Positions 8,934-18,492 of a stretch of DNA of 64,000 nucleotides are shown here, one piece after another (the stretch's first letter is position 1; each line of letters opens with the position of its first letter). The notes under the pieces were generated by a model. That model saw nothing but the letters and a program-made list of their open reading frames with translations. It made no database searches and was not told the origin of the DNA. Source of the stretch: a virus; IMG/VR virus record IMGVR_UViG_3300028920_000002, positions 122,724 through 186,723 of that record; one strand, written 5' to 3'. The translations under genes and the position numbers were made by a program.

Positions 8934-10031
8934 ATGAAAGAATCTCAGAAGCGAGCGCGTCAGGATGTGGTGGCAACTGCATTGAAGACATTGCTCGCCA
9001 ACGAGGGCAGCGGGCTCACCCGCAAGACCTTCTTTTTACCGACTAGCTCGACTCCATCGGAGGCCGAGATTGAGGCGTGCAAGGGCAGGCGTTGGCAGAA
9101 GCCTGTTCTCGATAGGCTCGTGGACAAGGGCCTCTTGGTGGTGGCCAAGGTCGGAGACGATATGGGCTACGGCCCTGGCGACAGAACCCTCATCCGCAAA
9201 GTGCTTCGTGACTACGAGGATGATGGGCTGCTGCTCGCCTCTCTGGTCTTTCCCAACGAGGTTCGTGGGGTCGAGCTGCCCAGCGTTCGAGATGCTCTCG
9301 AAGAGGAAGAAGCTCTGACACGCCAGCATCAGGTGGACGACGTTTTGGACAAGGTCACTGATACCAAGGCGATGGATAAGATGGGCAAGGACCTTCAAGA
9401 GGCCATCGACAAGCACGGACCGGGTCTCGTGTTGGCTGATGCTCTGACCCGGTTCACCTTGGCTGTGAACGAGCAGCACACTACTGCTCGGGAGTCCTAC
9501 AACAGACTCGTGCTGTCTATGGAGAGTATGGCCAAGGCGTACGGGGACCACACCAAAAGGATGGAGGCCATGCTCTCTGCACAGAGCGCCCGTACAGGTA
9601 CGGTCGAGACCAAGGTGGGTGGGTACAACAAGCGCCTGGACGCTCTCGAGAAGCGTGAGCAGGAGCACACTGCTGCCATTCACCGGTTGGTCAACATCCT
9701 TCAGGAGTACCACGTTCGTGAGAAGACCAACGGTTCGGGCTTCGACGTCAGCGAGGTAGCAGAGAAGATGGCGGCTGCAGTGGCAGTAGAGGTGAAGCCC
9801 CTACTTGACGCCAACACCGAGAACTTCTCGAAGGTCACAGCGCTCATGTACGCCCTGCAGGGCAGCACCGAGACGCTGGCTGGTCACTTGAAATCGAAGG
9901 AGGCGGACAGGCTCTCTGACCTCAATCGTAGGTTGGAGGCACACATCAAGGACGGGCAGGAGTTGCAGGAACTTCTGTCTGAGGTATGGCTCAAGATGGA
10001 TGGAGACAAGGATGGCCCAGCGACTGAGTGA
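8934..10031 (+). CDS. Coiled-coil protein, possibly with an N-terminal winged-helix-like region
   Basis: AGGAGG SD at the ATG (MKESQK...); long helical C-terminal half. Confidence 0.7.
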   Translation: MKESQKRARQDVVATALKTLLANEGSGLTRKTFFLPTSSTPSEAEIEACKGRRWQKPVLDRLVDKGLLVVAKVGDDMGYGPGDRTLIRKVLRDYEDDGLLLASLVFPNEVRGVELPSVRDALEEEEALTRQHQVDDVLDKVTDTKAMDKMGKDLQEAIDKHGPGLVLADALTRFTLAVNEQHTTARESYNRLVLSMESMAKAYGDHTKRMEAMLSAQSARTGTVETKVGGYNKRLDALEKREQEHTAAIHRLVNILQEYHVREKTNGSGFDVSEVAEKMAAAVAVEVKPLLDANTENFSKVTALMYALQGSTETLAGHLKSKEADRLSDLNRRLEAHIKDGQELQELLSEVWLKMDGDKDGPATE

Positions 10032-10896
10032 GCTGGTCGCCCGCTACAAGCGAGAGTCAGACAAGCTCTCACAGCGGGAACTGGCCGAGCTGGAACGAGA
10101 CATCTACGAAGCCTACTGCTTCGAGAACCCCAGGAGGCCGAGTGACGGCCCGTTCAGCCGTACTCACCGCAATACGCTGGTGGAGCTGCTGGGCATCACT
10201 TCCGGCTACGCAGACAACCGCCTCTACTTGCTGAGGTGTGGGCGAGCCGCAGAGCCTCTTTGGAAGCTTGTGGATGAGGGTAAGTACACCCTCTCTGCCG
10301 TGGTCATGCTGCTGCGCAATGCGCGCAAGGAGGCTCAGAGCAAAGGCGTCTCCCTGCCCGACGTGCTGGAGCGCATGTTGGCGGAGCCGAAGAAGCGCAA
10401 GTTCAACCGCAGCAATGGTTCTGCCAAGCCGCTCAATGCCCAGGACGCCAAGGACTTCGAGGAAGAGGCAGCCGAGTTGATTCGGGCCTACGTTGCTCGG
10501 AGAGCTGTCGACCTGGACGAGCTCGAGCGGGACATGCTGCTCACGAACTTCCTGGGCATGCTGCGCATCGCTCATGAGGAGTTTCGGGAGAGCCTGCAGC
10601 GGGAGCAGCGCAGCCTTCGTCAGCAACGACGAGAACGAGAAACGATTGGTAAGGCGCTGTTCCTACGCGCCTGTGAAGTCCTGAGCTTGGACCTGCCCTA
10701 CGGCAAGGAGCTCAGTGACAAGAAGAGGGACTCGATATTGAAGCTGGTACGTAGGCGTAAAGCTGAGCGAGTCCGTGAATTGCATCCCGACCTCAACCCG
10801 GGTCAGACGACCACGAGTGAGGTCATCCAAGAGCTCAACGCTGCGAAGGAGGCGGGCGACCTCTTGGTGAAGTACTTCAGCCAAGGAGCAAGGTAA
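10012..10896 (+). CDS. ParB/Spo0J-type HTH fused to a C-terminal J-domain
   Basis: THRNTLVELLGITSGYADNRLYLL..LVDEGKYTLS resembles the Spo0J HTH; ACEVLSL..ELHPDLNPG..IQELNAAKE matches J-domain helices with HPD. Confidence 0.7.
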   Translation: MAQRLSELVARYKRESDKLSQRELAELERDIYEAYCFENPRRPSDGPFSRTHRNTLVELLGITSGYADNRLYLLRCGRAAEPLWKLVDEGKYTLSAVVMLLRNARKEAQSKGVSLPDVLERMLAEPKKRKFNRSNGSAKPLNAQDAKDFEEEAAELIRAYVARRAVDLDELERDMLLTNFLGMLRIAHEEFRESLQREQRSLRQQRRERETIGKALFLRACEVLSLDLPYGKELSDKKRDSILKLVRRRKAERVRELHPDLNPGQTTTSEVIQELNAAKEAGDLLVKYFSQGAR

Positions 10897-11417
10897 TGGC
10901 ATCACGCAAGCTGAACGGGGCGAGCACCAAGGACCTGCTTGCCAAGGTGGATATGGACCAGACAATCCCGCATCGTGCGGCCGACATCCTCAACGAGGCG
11001 GCCCGGCTGATGCCCAAGCGCTGCATAGACAAGCGCGACTTCGTCAAGATGGTGTTGGCACTGGGCCGGCGCCCGGCAGAGGACTCCAAGGACGTGGAGT
11101 TCTTCTTCAAGAGCAAGTGGGGTCGTGTGAAGGTCGTGCTCTACGAGAAGCACGGTCGTGCTGGCATCACCGTCCCGGGTAAGGGCGTGCGCGCCACTAC
11201 CAGTGACGAGGATGCAGCCGGCACCGACCTGCGCGGAAAGGTCAGGCGCTTCAAGAGCGCTGCTGCTGGAGTGCGGCGCTCGGCAGAGCTGGTCAATCCG
11301 ACCAAGGTCAAGAACCCCGAGCTGAAGAAGTTCGCGAAGGACGTCCACTCCTTCAAGAAGGTCATCAGCGAGGACGAGCTCGAGCGGCGCCTGCGTCTGC
11401 CCGACAAGACAGACTGA
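10896..11417 (+). CDS. Basic hypothetical protein
   Basis: 173-aa ORF, TAATG-coupled to the previous gene. Confidence 0.7.
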   Translation: MASRKLNGASTKDLLAKVDMDQTIPHRAADILNEAARLMPKRCIDKRDFVKMVLALGRRPAEDSKDVEFFFKSKWGRVKVVLYEKHGRAGITVPGKGVRATTSDEDAAGTDLRGKVRRFKSAAAGVRRSAELVNPTKVKNPELKKFAKDVHSFKKVISEDELERRLRLPDKTD

Positions 11418-11554
11418 GCCGCCGTGAGGCGGTTTGGCCCACTCGGCTTGAGTGGGTGGAAGCGCGCTCTCAACCTCTCTTCGGGCGCGCTTCCTTTAGC
11501 TACAAGTTGGAGCTAGCGAAAACGAGCGGGTGTGCAACCCACTCGTTTCTGCTG
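11418..11554. terminator. Cluster of hairpins between convergent genes (probable bidirectional terminator)
   Basis: GGAAGCGCGC/GCGCGCTTCC (11458-11494) followed by TTT, plus CCCACTC/GAGTGGG and other stems. Confidence 0.6.
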
Positions 11555-12613
11555 TCAGGCGCGCTTCTTCCCCTTTTTGCTCACGGGCTTCTTAGGCATC
11601 GTCTTCACAAGGCCGGGCTTCTGCTTCAGAGTGGCCCTGTCCCTGCTGAAGTAGCGCACAGCCGGTTCATCGAGGAGCTTCCTGGGCTTGTTCCTCCCCT
11701 TGACTTTGGCCTTGCTGGCGTCTGATAGGCCCTGCCATCCTACCAGCGGAACTCCCTCCAGCTCCGCTTTCAGCGCACGAAGCACTGCCAGGATGTTGGC
11801 TTCCTGCGCCGCACCACCGACCATCTTCTTCCCGTTCTTTCTGTTGCCATACTGGAACCATTGGTTGAGGGTGTACATCGGAGTCCCAGGCTTGAGTTCA
11901 CTGCCTTCGATTGCCGACTTGATGGCAGCGTGCACTCGCTTGGGGTTTCTCCACATCGCGTAGTAGACGGCGGCCCATACGCTGGGGGCTTTGCCTTCCT
12001 TCCCGACTTTGCAGTACAGGTTGTACAACCCTTGCAGGGCCAACATCTCTTCCTTGTACTTCCTCTCCGTCTTGGTGATGTCGTCTTGCAGAGCTCGTGC
12101 GCTCCACCCTTGGGTCAGCCTGTACAGGACGGAGAAGCACTCGGTGTAGTGCTTGGTCCAGCGTGTGGCGGCGTCCTTGTCCCCCATCATGGATAGGTGG
12201 TCAGCTATGGTCCGCTTGGTACCACCATCCAATCGAGCGACCTCCTTGGGGGACATGTTGAACACCACGAGGGCAGGAAACGCTGCCTTGGCCTTCACGG
12301 CAGCGTGCATGCGGTTCTGTCCATTCACGATGGTGCCGTCGTAGCCGCTGGCGATTGGGTCATGGGTGAAGACGAACTTGCCTTCCTTCATCTCCCTGGT
12401 CATGGAGTTGATTCCCGAGGGCTTCTTGCGCCGCTGATTCGGGTGCTGTTGCTGGAGACCAGCCAGACTCAACTCCAAGGGGATGACTGTCTCAAATGCG
12501 CAGGAACCGTCCTTGTACTGAGTGACGTACTTCACCTTCTTGAGGAGAGGCAGGAACGGTGTTGCGGCGCGTAGCAGTGCAGCGCTCAGGCTGCTAACCT
12601 TGATTTGCCTCAT
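11555..12613 (-). CDS. ParB-like N-terminal (DGQHR-type) domain protein
   Basis: DPIASGYDGTIVNGQNRMHAAV..LDGGTKRTIADHL; Lys-rich tail. Confidence 0.7.
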   Translation of the reverse strand: MRQIKVSSLSAALLRAATPFLPLLKKVKYVTQYKDGSCAFETVIPLELSLAGLQQQHPNQRRKKPSGINSMTREMKEGKFVFTHDPIASGYDGTIVNGQNRMHAAVKAKAAFPALVVFNMSPKEVARLDGGTKRTIADHLSMMGDKDAATRWTKHYTECFSVLYRLTQGWSARALQDDITKTERKYKEEMLALQGLYNLYCKVGKEGKAPSVWAAVYYAMWRNPKRVHAAIKSAIEGSELKPGTPMYTLNQWFQYGNRKNGKKMVGGAAQEANILAVLRALKAELEGVPLVGWQGLSDASKAKVKGRNKPRKLLDEPAVRYFSRDRATLKQKPGLVKTMPKKPVSKKGKKRA

Positions 12614-12628
12614 GATGCTTGTCCTTCC

Positions 12629-13246
12629 TTATGGGAAATTGGGGCAGCTGGCACAGTGCTTGAAGATGTAGTCTGCTGCCTCAGCGTGTGTTTTGACGCC
12701 GAGACGTTGCTTGATGACGGAGAGATGACGCTTCCACACATCTACGCGTGGAATGGTGTCCCTGAAGACGATACCTGCTGTGCCCGAACCTTTGGAGCCC
12801 TCTCTGCCCTGGGCCCGCTTCACCTTTTCCTTCAGCTCCATCAAGGGGAGGATGGCCGCCAGCTTCAGCCACTTCCTCGCATCCTTCAGGCTGTTGATGA
12901 CCGGTTGGATGAGAACGAGTCGCTCGAAGCTTACTCGGGCGATGAGGTTCATCAAGCTCTTGTTGCGCGCACACTTGAGCTTGAGACCAAACTTCTCCCA
13001 GAGCACGATGCACGATGTCACCTCGTGGGCTTCCAGACACAGCTCCTTGAACGCCCACTCTTCGACGGACTCGTAGCCCCAGGCGATGTACAGCGTTCGC
13101 AGTCCTCCCTGGAACTGCATCACATCCACGCTGGCACTGTAGACCAGACGCGCGATGGTAAGGATTTTCTCCCTGTGGCGGTTGTGGGCTGCCACCTTCG
13201 CGTCCTTACGTACCTTGTCGGCTCTCGACTTGGTTAGTGTTGCCAT
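12629..13246 (-). CDS. Basic hypothetical protein
   Basis: AGGAG SD before MATLTK. Confidence 0.65.
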   Translation of the reverse strand: MATLTKSRADKVRKDAKVAAHNRHREKILTIARLVYSASVDVMQFQGGLRTLYIAWGYESVEEWAFKELCLEAHEVTSCIVLWEKFGLKLKCARNKSLMNLIARVSFERLVLIQPVINSLKDARKWLKLAAILPLMELKEKVKRAQGREGSKGSGTAGIVFRDTIPRVDVWKRHLSVIKQRLGVKTHAEAADYIFKHCASCPNFP

Positions 13247-13347
13247 CCGTATTCTCCTGACGTGCTGGTTCTTGACCGGTCCTCGGTCTTCTCTTTGCAC
13301 TTCTCTTATCTCCGCAAACCTCTCCGCTTTGCGGCATAATGCTCCCG

Positions 13348-13581
13348 ATGTCACAAGCTAGCCGTGAGCTGTACGTGATGCGGTTGGAGGGAGTCCTCTC
13401 CGCAACCGAGACTCAGACTGGACGCAAGCCAACCATTGACACATTCCCCATCCGCAAGTGTGATGCGGAGCGTCTGGTGAAGGACCGGAGTGTTCTGCTC
13501 GACAACATCATGGACAGCGGCATAGAGCCGTCGCTGCCCTACTGGCCGTGCGGGCCGGGGAAGGTCGTGAAGGTAGGATGA
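13348..13581 (+). CDS. Small hypothetical protein (leaderless geometry)
   Basis: CATAAT (13335-13340), 7 nt, then ATG. Confidence 0.55.
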   Translation: MSQASRELYVMRLEGVLSATETQTGRKPTIDTFPIRKCDAERLVKDRSVLLDNIMDSGIEPSLPYWPCGPGKVVKVG

Positions 13582-14186
13582 AGACAGCGGTCGTATCGTC
13601 GAAAGAGCTGGACCCGAAGAAGGGTCTGCGCGCCGAGAACTACATTGCAGGAGCAAGGAGTCGGAAGATTCCAGGCAAGGGCTCAAAGCACTACAAGGCA
13701 GTGCGCATCGCCATGAGGTTGGCTGAGGGATTGAACGTCAATTTCTTCTACCCACCCGAGGAGCAGCAGCTTGAGCTCTACAGGGCTGGCTTGCCCATGC
13801 CCGCACGCGCTTCTCTGCGGCTGTGGGAGGGCATGGACACCATCAACTACTGGGCTGGCGTCGTACACGCTTGGTCGAAGCGCAAGGGCTGGTGGAAGAA
13901 GCCCCAGGGTGACGTGGCCAAGAAGCTACTCATGCTCCACAGCGAAGTCGCAGAGATGACTGAGGACCTCAGGGTGACGGAGGAGAAGGACCTCAACATC
14001 ATCAACTGGGAGTACGACAAGCACGGGCAGCTCAAGCCCATCGGCTTCGCCAGTGAGCTCGCCGACCTATTCATTCGCATGGCGGACCTGGCTGGCAAGC
14101 TCGACATTGACCTGTCTGCAGCTGTCGCCCTCAAGATGAGGTTCAACGAAGACCGGCCCTATCAACATGGAGGCAAGAAGCTGTGA
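13578..14186 (+). CDS. MazG-like NTP pyrophosphohydrolase
   Basis: LLMLHSEVAEMTEDLR..ELADLFIRMADLAGKLDIDL..KMRFNEDRPYQHG. Confidence 0.85.
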   Translation: MKTAVVSSKELDPKKGLRAENYIAGARSRKIPGKGSKHYKAVRIAMRLAEGLNVNFFYPPEEQQLELYRAGLPMPARASLRLWEGMDTINYWAGVVHAWSKRKGWWKKPQGDVAKKLLMLHSEVAEMTEDLRVTEEKDLNIINWEYDKHGQLKPIGFASELADLFIRMADLAGKLDIDLSAAVALKMRFNEDRPYQHGGKKL

Positions 14187-14734
14187 CCGAGAACAAGTCG
14201 TTCGGCGCCCCGTTCTGGTTCGTGGTGGTCTCGTTGGCCGTCGTCCTGCTGGCCATCGTCCCGATGGCCATGTGCAGAGGGGAGCCGCCGACGCCCGCTC
14301 CTGGGCCGTCAGTTCAGGTGGTAGAACCTGTCCCCTCCACGTCGGGCAGCGCCGAGCTGTTGGAGCCGGCTCCCGAGTCGACTGTCTTGCTCGAGCTCGA
14401 GGACGGCGATTGGGGTGGCCCTGGCGGGCAGGTGAAGCTGCAGCTCCGCTCTCGGGCGGCCACCGACGGTCCCTGGGACTGGCAGCCGTACCCGTGGGTG
14501 CTCATCCTGACGCCTGACGACCCCGAGGTCATGGAGGTGTGCGGCTTCTACCCTCAGCTCCACGATGGCTTCTGGCGCCAGGCTCACTGCCTGACGGGGG
14601 ACCCGGGGCGCCCCCACGACTTGCGGCGCCTGCGGCTCTCTGTGACGCCCAGTGGGCTCCTGGAGGCTCAGCTGGGGGAGGACCGGCTCCTGCTCTCCAT
14701 GGAGCGCATCGGGCAGCCGGAGAAGGCGCCCTGA
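14183..14734 (+). CDS. Membrane-anchored/exported hypothetical protein
   Basis: N-terminal hydrophobic helix and Pro-rich linker; overlaps the previous stop. Confidence 0.65.
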   Translation: MTENKSFGAPFWFVVVSLAVVLLAIVPMAMCRGEPPTPAPGPSVQVVEPVPSTSGSAELLEPAPESTVLLELEDGDWGGPGGQVKLQLRSRAATDGPWDWQPYPWVLILTPDDPEVMEVCGFYPQLHDGFWRQAHCLTGDPGRPHDLRRLRLSVTPSGLLEAQLGEDRLLLSMERIGQPEKAP

Positions 14735-14953
14735 CCGAGGGCTGCGACGACACGTGTCGCTGACACAAGAGGCGCATACGGCTCAGATTCAGTAGCCTTC
14801 CCCCGCTCCCCCCAGCAGAGGGAACCAGATACGCGCGTTTCAGGGGAGCTGACACAACGGCCGCCCGTGGGCGCGGCGGCGTGCAAACATCCACAGGCCC
14901 AGGGCATAAGGCCCGGGGTCGGCTGACCAAGTTGGTCGGCCGGAAGGACGACG

Positions 14954-15448
14954 ATGGAGATAGTGAACAAGGAGATGCGCATCTGGTGCGCAGACGAGAA
15001 GCAGCTCACGGCCGAGGTGGCGACGAAGCCGTATGTTCTGAAGCTTGAGCTGCCGGTGGGCGCCCAGTTCCTGGGGGCGTTCAACCTACCCAACCTGATG
15101 ACCGTGCTTGGCTTCGGCCAAGGCGGCCCGCCTGGGTACGCGTTCTTGGTGGACCCGGAGGAGGACGCCACTTGCGTCCGCTACTTCGCTTCTCAGACAG
15201 CCGATGCGCCGTTCCTATGGAAGACGACTGAGGTGGAGTGCTGGAATCGCGGTCTGCTCACGCTGCTGGGAGTGCCGGTGGTGGTTCTGGAGTTGGTGTA
15301 CGACATGTCTACGCCCGGCATTCAAGAAGCGCTGGAGCGGGGGCTCAAGATGAACGGAGTGGTCATCGATGGCGTGCGCTATCACACGCCTCCGTCACTG
15401 CTGAAGGCGGTGGCATCTGGTGGGGTGGATGACGAAGAAGCAGGCTAG
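14954..15448 (+). CDS. Hypothetical protein
   Basis: 164-aa ORF with GGAAGG SD. Confidence 0.7.
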   Translation: MEIVNKEMRIWCADEKQLTAEVATKPYVLKLELPVGAQFLGAFNLPNLMTVLGFGQGGPPGYAFLVDPEEDATCVRYFASQTADAPFLWKTTEVECWNRGLLTLLGVPVVVLELVYDMSTPGIQEALERGLKMNGVVIDGVRYHTPPSLLKAVASGGVDDEEAG

Positions 15449-16199
15449 TCACGACGACAGCGACGGACTTGTTGGTCAGGTAAATCTGGCTGACATCCCC
15501 TTCGTAGAAGTGGCTTGGTCTTCGATAGCCCAGCTCTCAGAGAAGAGTGACGCAGAGCTGCTTGGGATTCTGTCTCACTACGCCCCCGGCCTGTGGGAGC
15601 TGAGTACTCATCAGCAGCACCAGCTCATCGAGTACCTGCGAAATTGGCTGACGGCTCTTCGTGGAGCGGAGAGCGTGCGCACCGAGCTTTCCGAGAAGCT
15701 CTCCAGCGTGGCCGTGGAGCTGGCGCGTTTGCGCTACGTGGTGCGAGAGCTCGGTACGAAGATGTACGAGAAGGGCGCCTTCACCGAGCGCATCGAGCTT
15801 GATGACGACCTGGCCTTCGCTCTCTTCCGCGCAGCTAAGCCACTGATGCTCAAGCACACAGCTCGAGAGTTGGGTGGGTTCAAGGCACCAGAGGACATTG
15901 GGGACCACAGCCCGTTCAGGATGGGCAACAAGAGAGAGTTCGAGGCTGCTTTTGCCTCCGGGACTTCGGCGCTCGAGTGTATGGGCTTTCAGGTGGTGGG
16001 CACAGACATTGAGACGAAGAACGAGGTTGGGCCCAATACCGTCAGCTACGTACTGGTATTCGACTGTGAGCTCTTACCCACGCACGTCTCTCAGGTTGGA
16101 CAACGCCCACAGCTCAACAAGGAGCAGCTCGAGGAGGCGGTGCGTGCTTACATGCCGTCTACTACGACGGTTTCCTGCAAGGTCAGAGTGACGCTGTGA
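15429..16199 (+). CDS. Hypothetical protein
   Basis: Long ORF overlapping the previous stop; phage-like codon usage. Confidence 0.7.
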   Translation: MTKKQASHDDSDGLVGQVNLADIPFVEVAWSSIAQLSEKSDAELLGILSHYAPGLWELSTHQQHQLIEYLRNWLTALRGAESVRTELSEKLSSVAVELARLRYVVRELGTKMYEKGAFTERIELDDDLAFALFRAAKPLMLKHTARELGGFKAPEDIGDHSPFRMGNKREFEAAFASGTSALECMGFQVVGTDIETKNEVGPNTVSYVLVFDCELLPTHVSQVGQRPQLNKEQLEEAVRAYMPSTTTVSCKVRVTL

Positions 16200-16214
16200 C
16201 TGGTAGACTGACGC

Positions 16215-16520
16215 ATGTTCGAGTGGCGGCATCTGCTGAGTGGGAAGACCTTACGAATCTCCTGCCTTTACTATGGCCACACCTACTTGGGGTGCATCAC
16301 GTATCCGAAGGGGCAGAGCTGCCGAGGCATTCCGTACGACCCGCAGAAGCCAAGCCGGGTTGTGTACACAGGGGGCTACGCTCAGGTAGCCGACAACATG
16401 GAAGGGCACGCCCGTGAACGACTTGAAGCTTTGGTTGGCAGACCTGCTACACGACCTGGCCTGGACGCTAGAGCGCTCAGCCATCAGCGAGACCCTGACG
16501 ACGATATTCCGACGTCATAA
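16215..16520 (+). CDS. Hypothetical protein (leaderless geometry)
   Basis: TGGTAGACT (-10 at 16204-16209), 5 nt, then ATG. Confidence 0.55.
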   Translation: MFEWRHLLSGKTLRISCLYYGHTYLGCITYPKGQSCRGIPYDPQKPSRVVYTGGYAQVADNMEGHARERLEALVGRPATRPGLDARALSHQRDPDDDIPTS

Positions 16521-16662
16521 GTCATCCGCAGCAGAGAAGATGCAGAGGTGGCTCGAGTTGCTACCTCCCGACGAACAACGACGTGTGCGAGCACACCTCA
16601 AGCACAGGCGACGAAAGCAAGCAGTCTACGGGGGTCCCAGGGATGAGCGACAAATCCACTGA
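16414..16662 (+). CDS. Small hypothetical protein
   Basis: 82-aa ORF filling the gap before the deaminase; overlaps both neighbours. Confidence 0.5.
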   Translation: MNDLKLWLADLLHDLAWTLERSAISETLTTIFRRHKSSAAEKMQRWLELLPPDEQRRVRAHLKHRRRKQAVYGGPRDERQIH

Positions 16663-17110
16663 GTTGCTGAGGAGGAAAGGGCGCAACGGTCCGCAGCGCC
16701 CTAGCTTCGAGGAGATTCACATGCGGATGGCGGGGTTGCTCGTAGGTAGGAGCACTTGCGCCCGCCTGAAGGTTGGTTGCGTCATCGCCAGCGCCGACTT
16801 CAGGAAGGTTTTGGCGATGGGCTACAACGGCAACGCTAGCGGTCTACCCAATCTCTGTGACAGCGAGGAGCCTGGCAAGTGCGGTTGCCTGCACGCTGAA
16901 GAGAATGCGGTCATCAACTGCGACTCGCCGAGGCACTGGCCCAAGATTGTGTTCTGTACCCACGAACCCTGCAAGATGTGCGCTAAGCGCCTGGTGAATC
17001 TGGGTGGGGTGCAGAAGGTCTACTACAACGAACCATACCGGCTCCATGAGGGGCTGGAGGTATTCAAGCTCGCTGGCATACCGTGCGAGCAGATGGAGAT
17101 TCGCTGGTGA
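16643..17110 (+). CDS. dCMP deaminase
   Basis: STCARLKVGCVI, HAEENAV and EPCKMCAK zinc motifs. Confidence 0.9.
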   Translation: MSDKSTELLRRKGRNGPQRPSFEEIHMRMAGLLVGRSTCARLKVGCVIASADFRKVLAMGYNGNASGLPNLCDSEEPGKCGCLHAEENAVINCDSPRHWPKIVFCTHEPCKMCAKRLVNLGGVQKVYYNEPYRLHEGLEVFKLAGIPCEQMEIRW

Positions 17111-18366
17111 CTGAAGAGAAGAAGCCTCCAAAGGGGCTGACAACGGAGCAAGAGCTTAGGCTGTGGCGAGAGCTCACCATGTTGCTGCCTCACAACTTCG
17201 AGGAGTGCAACAGCCCGCCGTGGTCCCAGATTGAGGACCACATCAAGAAGCTTGAAAAAGTGAAGGAAGCCTTCGACCGTGAGAGCGGCAAGGTAGCGGG
17301 CGAAGTTCTCAGGCAGCTCGAGAAGGACGGGAGCCGTGTGGTCGATAAGAGCGTCTACGACCAGATGCAGCGCATCGACTACTACGCCCGCAAGGTCTAC
17401 AAGCAGCTCGAAGAGAACGCCAAGAACGAAGGGGTGTACAACACGCCTACGGGTTTGGAAGCCAAGCTGTGGGAGAACTTCGGCAGGGCGCTGTTTGACG
17501 GCACCTGGCAACCCCACGAAGTAAGTCCAGCCTCAACCCACGAGGAGGTCATGGCCAGCGACAACAAGGTCATCAAGGATGCGTACGAGGAGTCCAGGGT
17601 AGTAGGAGAGGTCGTCTCTGGTACTGGTGGCAGCTTGTACTACCGAGACAGGCGAAGTGGGCATACCTACAGCATCAAGAAGCTGGACATCGTGAATGAC
17701 GAGGAGCCTGTCGAGACGATGTTCGGGAAGGAATTCCCTACCCCCAGGGCGGACTCGGCCCGGCCCGTGCTGAAGGTCAAGCAGGACTTCGTTCCCAAAA
17801 CCGTCGAGTGGCCCAGTCCTCAGAAGCCCCTGGACAAGCTCGTCCAGAAGGCTCTGAACGTAGCTCGCTTGCCCGACATCTACATGACCCAGGACCAGCA
17901 GCTCGTGGACCGAACCATCGGTGAGCTGCGCAAGGCCGCTGGGGAGTACGAGGCAGAGCAGAAGAAGCAGGAGTCCTTCCCTGATGAGTGGTACGTGGAA
18001 GCCTGCGCCGGTGAAATAGTCGACAAGGCCGTGAAGGTGTACCGGGTCAGACCTATTCAATTTGGCCCGCAGACGCAGCCATTCTACCGAGCCATCCAGG
18101 ACCTACTTGAGTCTGTCGAGGAGTTCGAGAGAGTACGTCGTGGGCGCATCATCGACGACGCGCACCACGAGAAGAAGAGCTCCGCACCCGAATCACCCGG
18201 CATGTTTCAGCGACTCATGTGCGCTGGGGGCAAGCACGAGCCCGAGGGCGAGAAGTACGCTCAGACGCCCTACTATGACCTAAGCCTGAAGGTGAATGGG
18301 TGGGCTGGGCACTTCAAAGTCAGGAAGTGCAAGCACTGCAAGTGCCTGTACGTGGAGGAGAAGTAA
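17107..18366 (+). CDS. Hypothetical protein with C-terminal Zn-ribbon
   Basis: Ends CAGGKH...RKCKHCKCLYVEEK. Confidence 0.7.
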   Translation: MTEEKKPPKGLTTEQELRLWRELTMLLPHNFEECNSPPWSQIEDHIKKLEKVKEAFDRESGKVAGEVLRQLEKDGSRVVDKSVYDQMQRIDYYARKVYKQLEENAKNEGVYNTPTGLEAKLWENFGRALFDGTWQPHEVSPASTHEEVMASDNKVIKDAYEESRVVGEVVSGTGGSLYYRDRRSGHTYSIKKLDIVNDEEPVETMFGKEFPTPRADSARPVLKVKQDFVPKTVEWPSPQKPLDKLVQKALNVARLPDIYMTQDQQLVDRTIGELRKAAGEYEAEQKKQESFPDEWYVEACAGEIVDKAVKVYRVRPIQFGPQTQPFYRAIQDLLESVEEFERVRRGRIIDDAHHEKKSSAPESPGMFQRLMCAGGKHEPEGEKYAQTPYYDLSLKVNGWAGHFKVRKCKHCKCLYVEEK

Positions 18367-18386
18367 CTGTCAGCTAGGGAGGCATC

Positions 18387-18475
18387 GTGGAATACATCGT
18401 GATGGTCGTTGGGCTCGTGCTGCTGCCGGTCTGTGGATGCAGTACAACATGCTCACCAAGCGACGGCCCTGGTAA
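18387..18475 (+). pseudogene. Small TM-peptide gene with an apparent 1-nt frameshift
   Basis: GGAGG-GTG MEYIVMVVGLVL continues best in another frame as AAGLWMQYNMLTKRRPW*, ending at the TAACTGTCA boundary motif. Confidence 0.4.
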
Positions 18476-18492
18476 CTGTCAGACAGGGAGCC

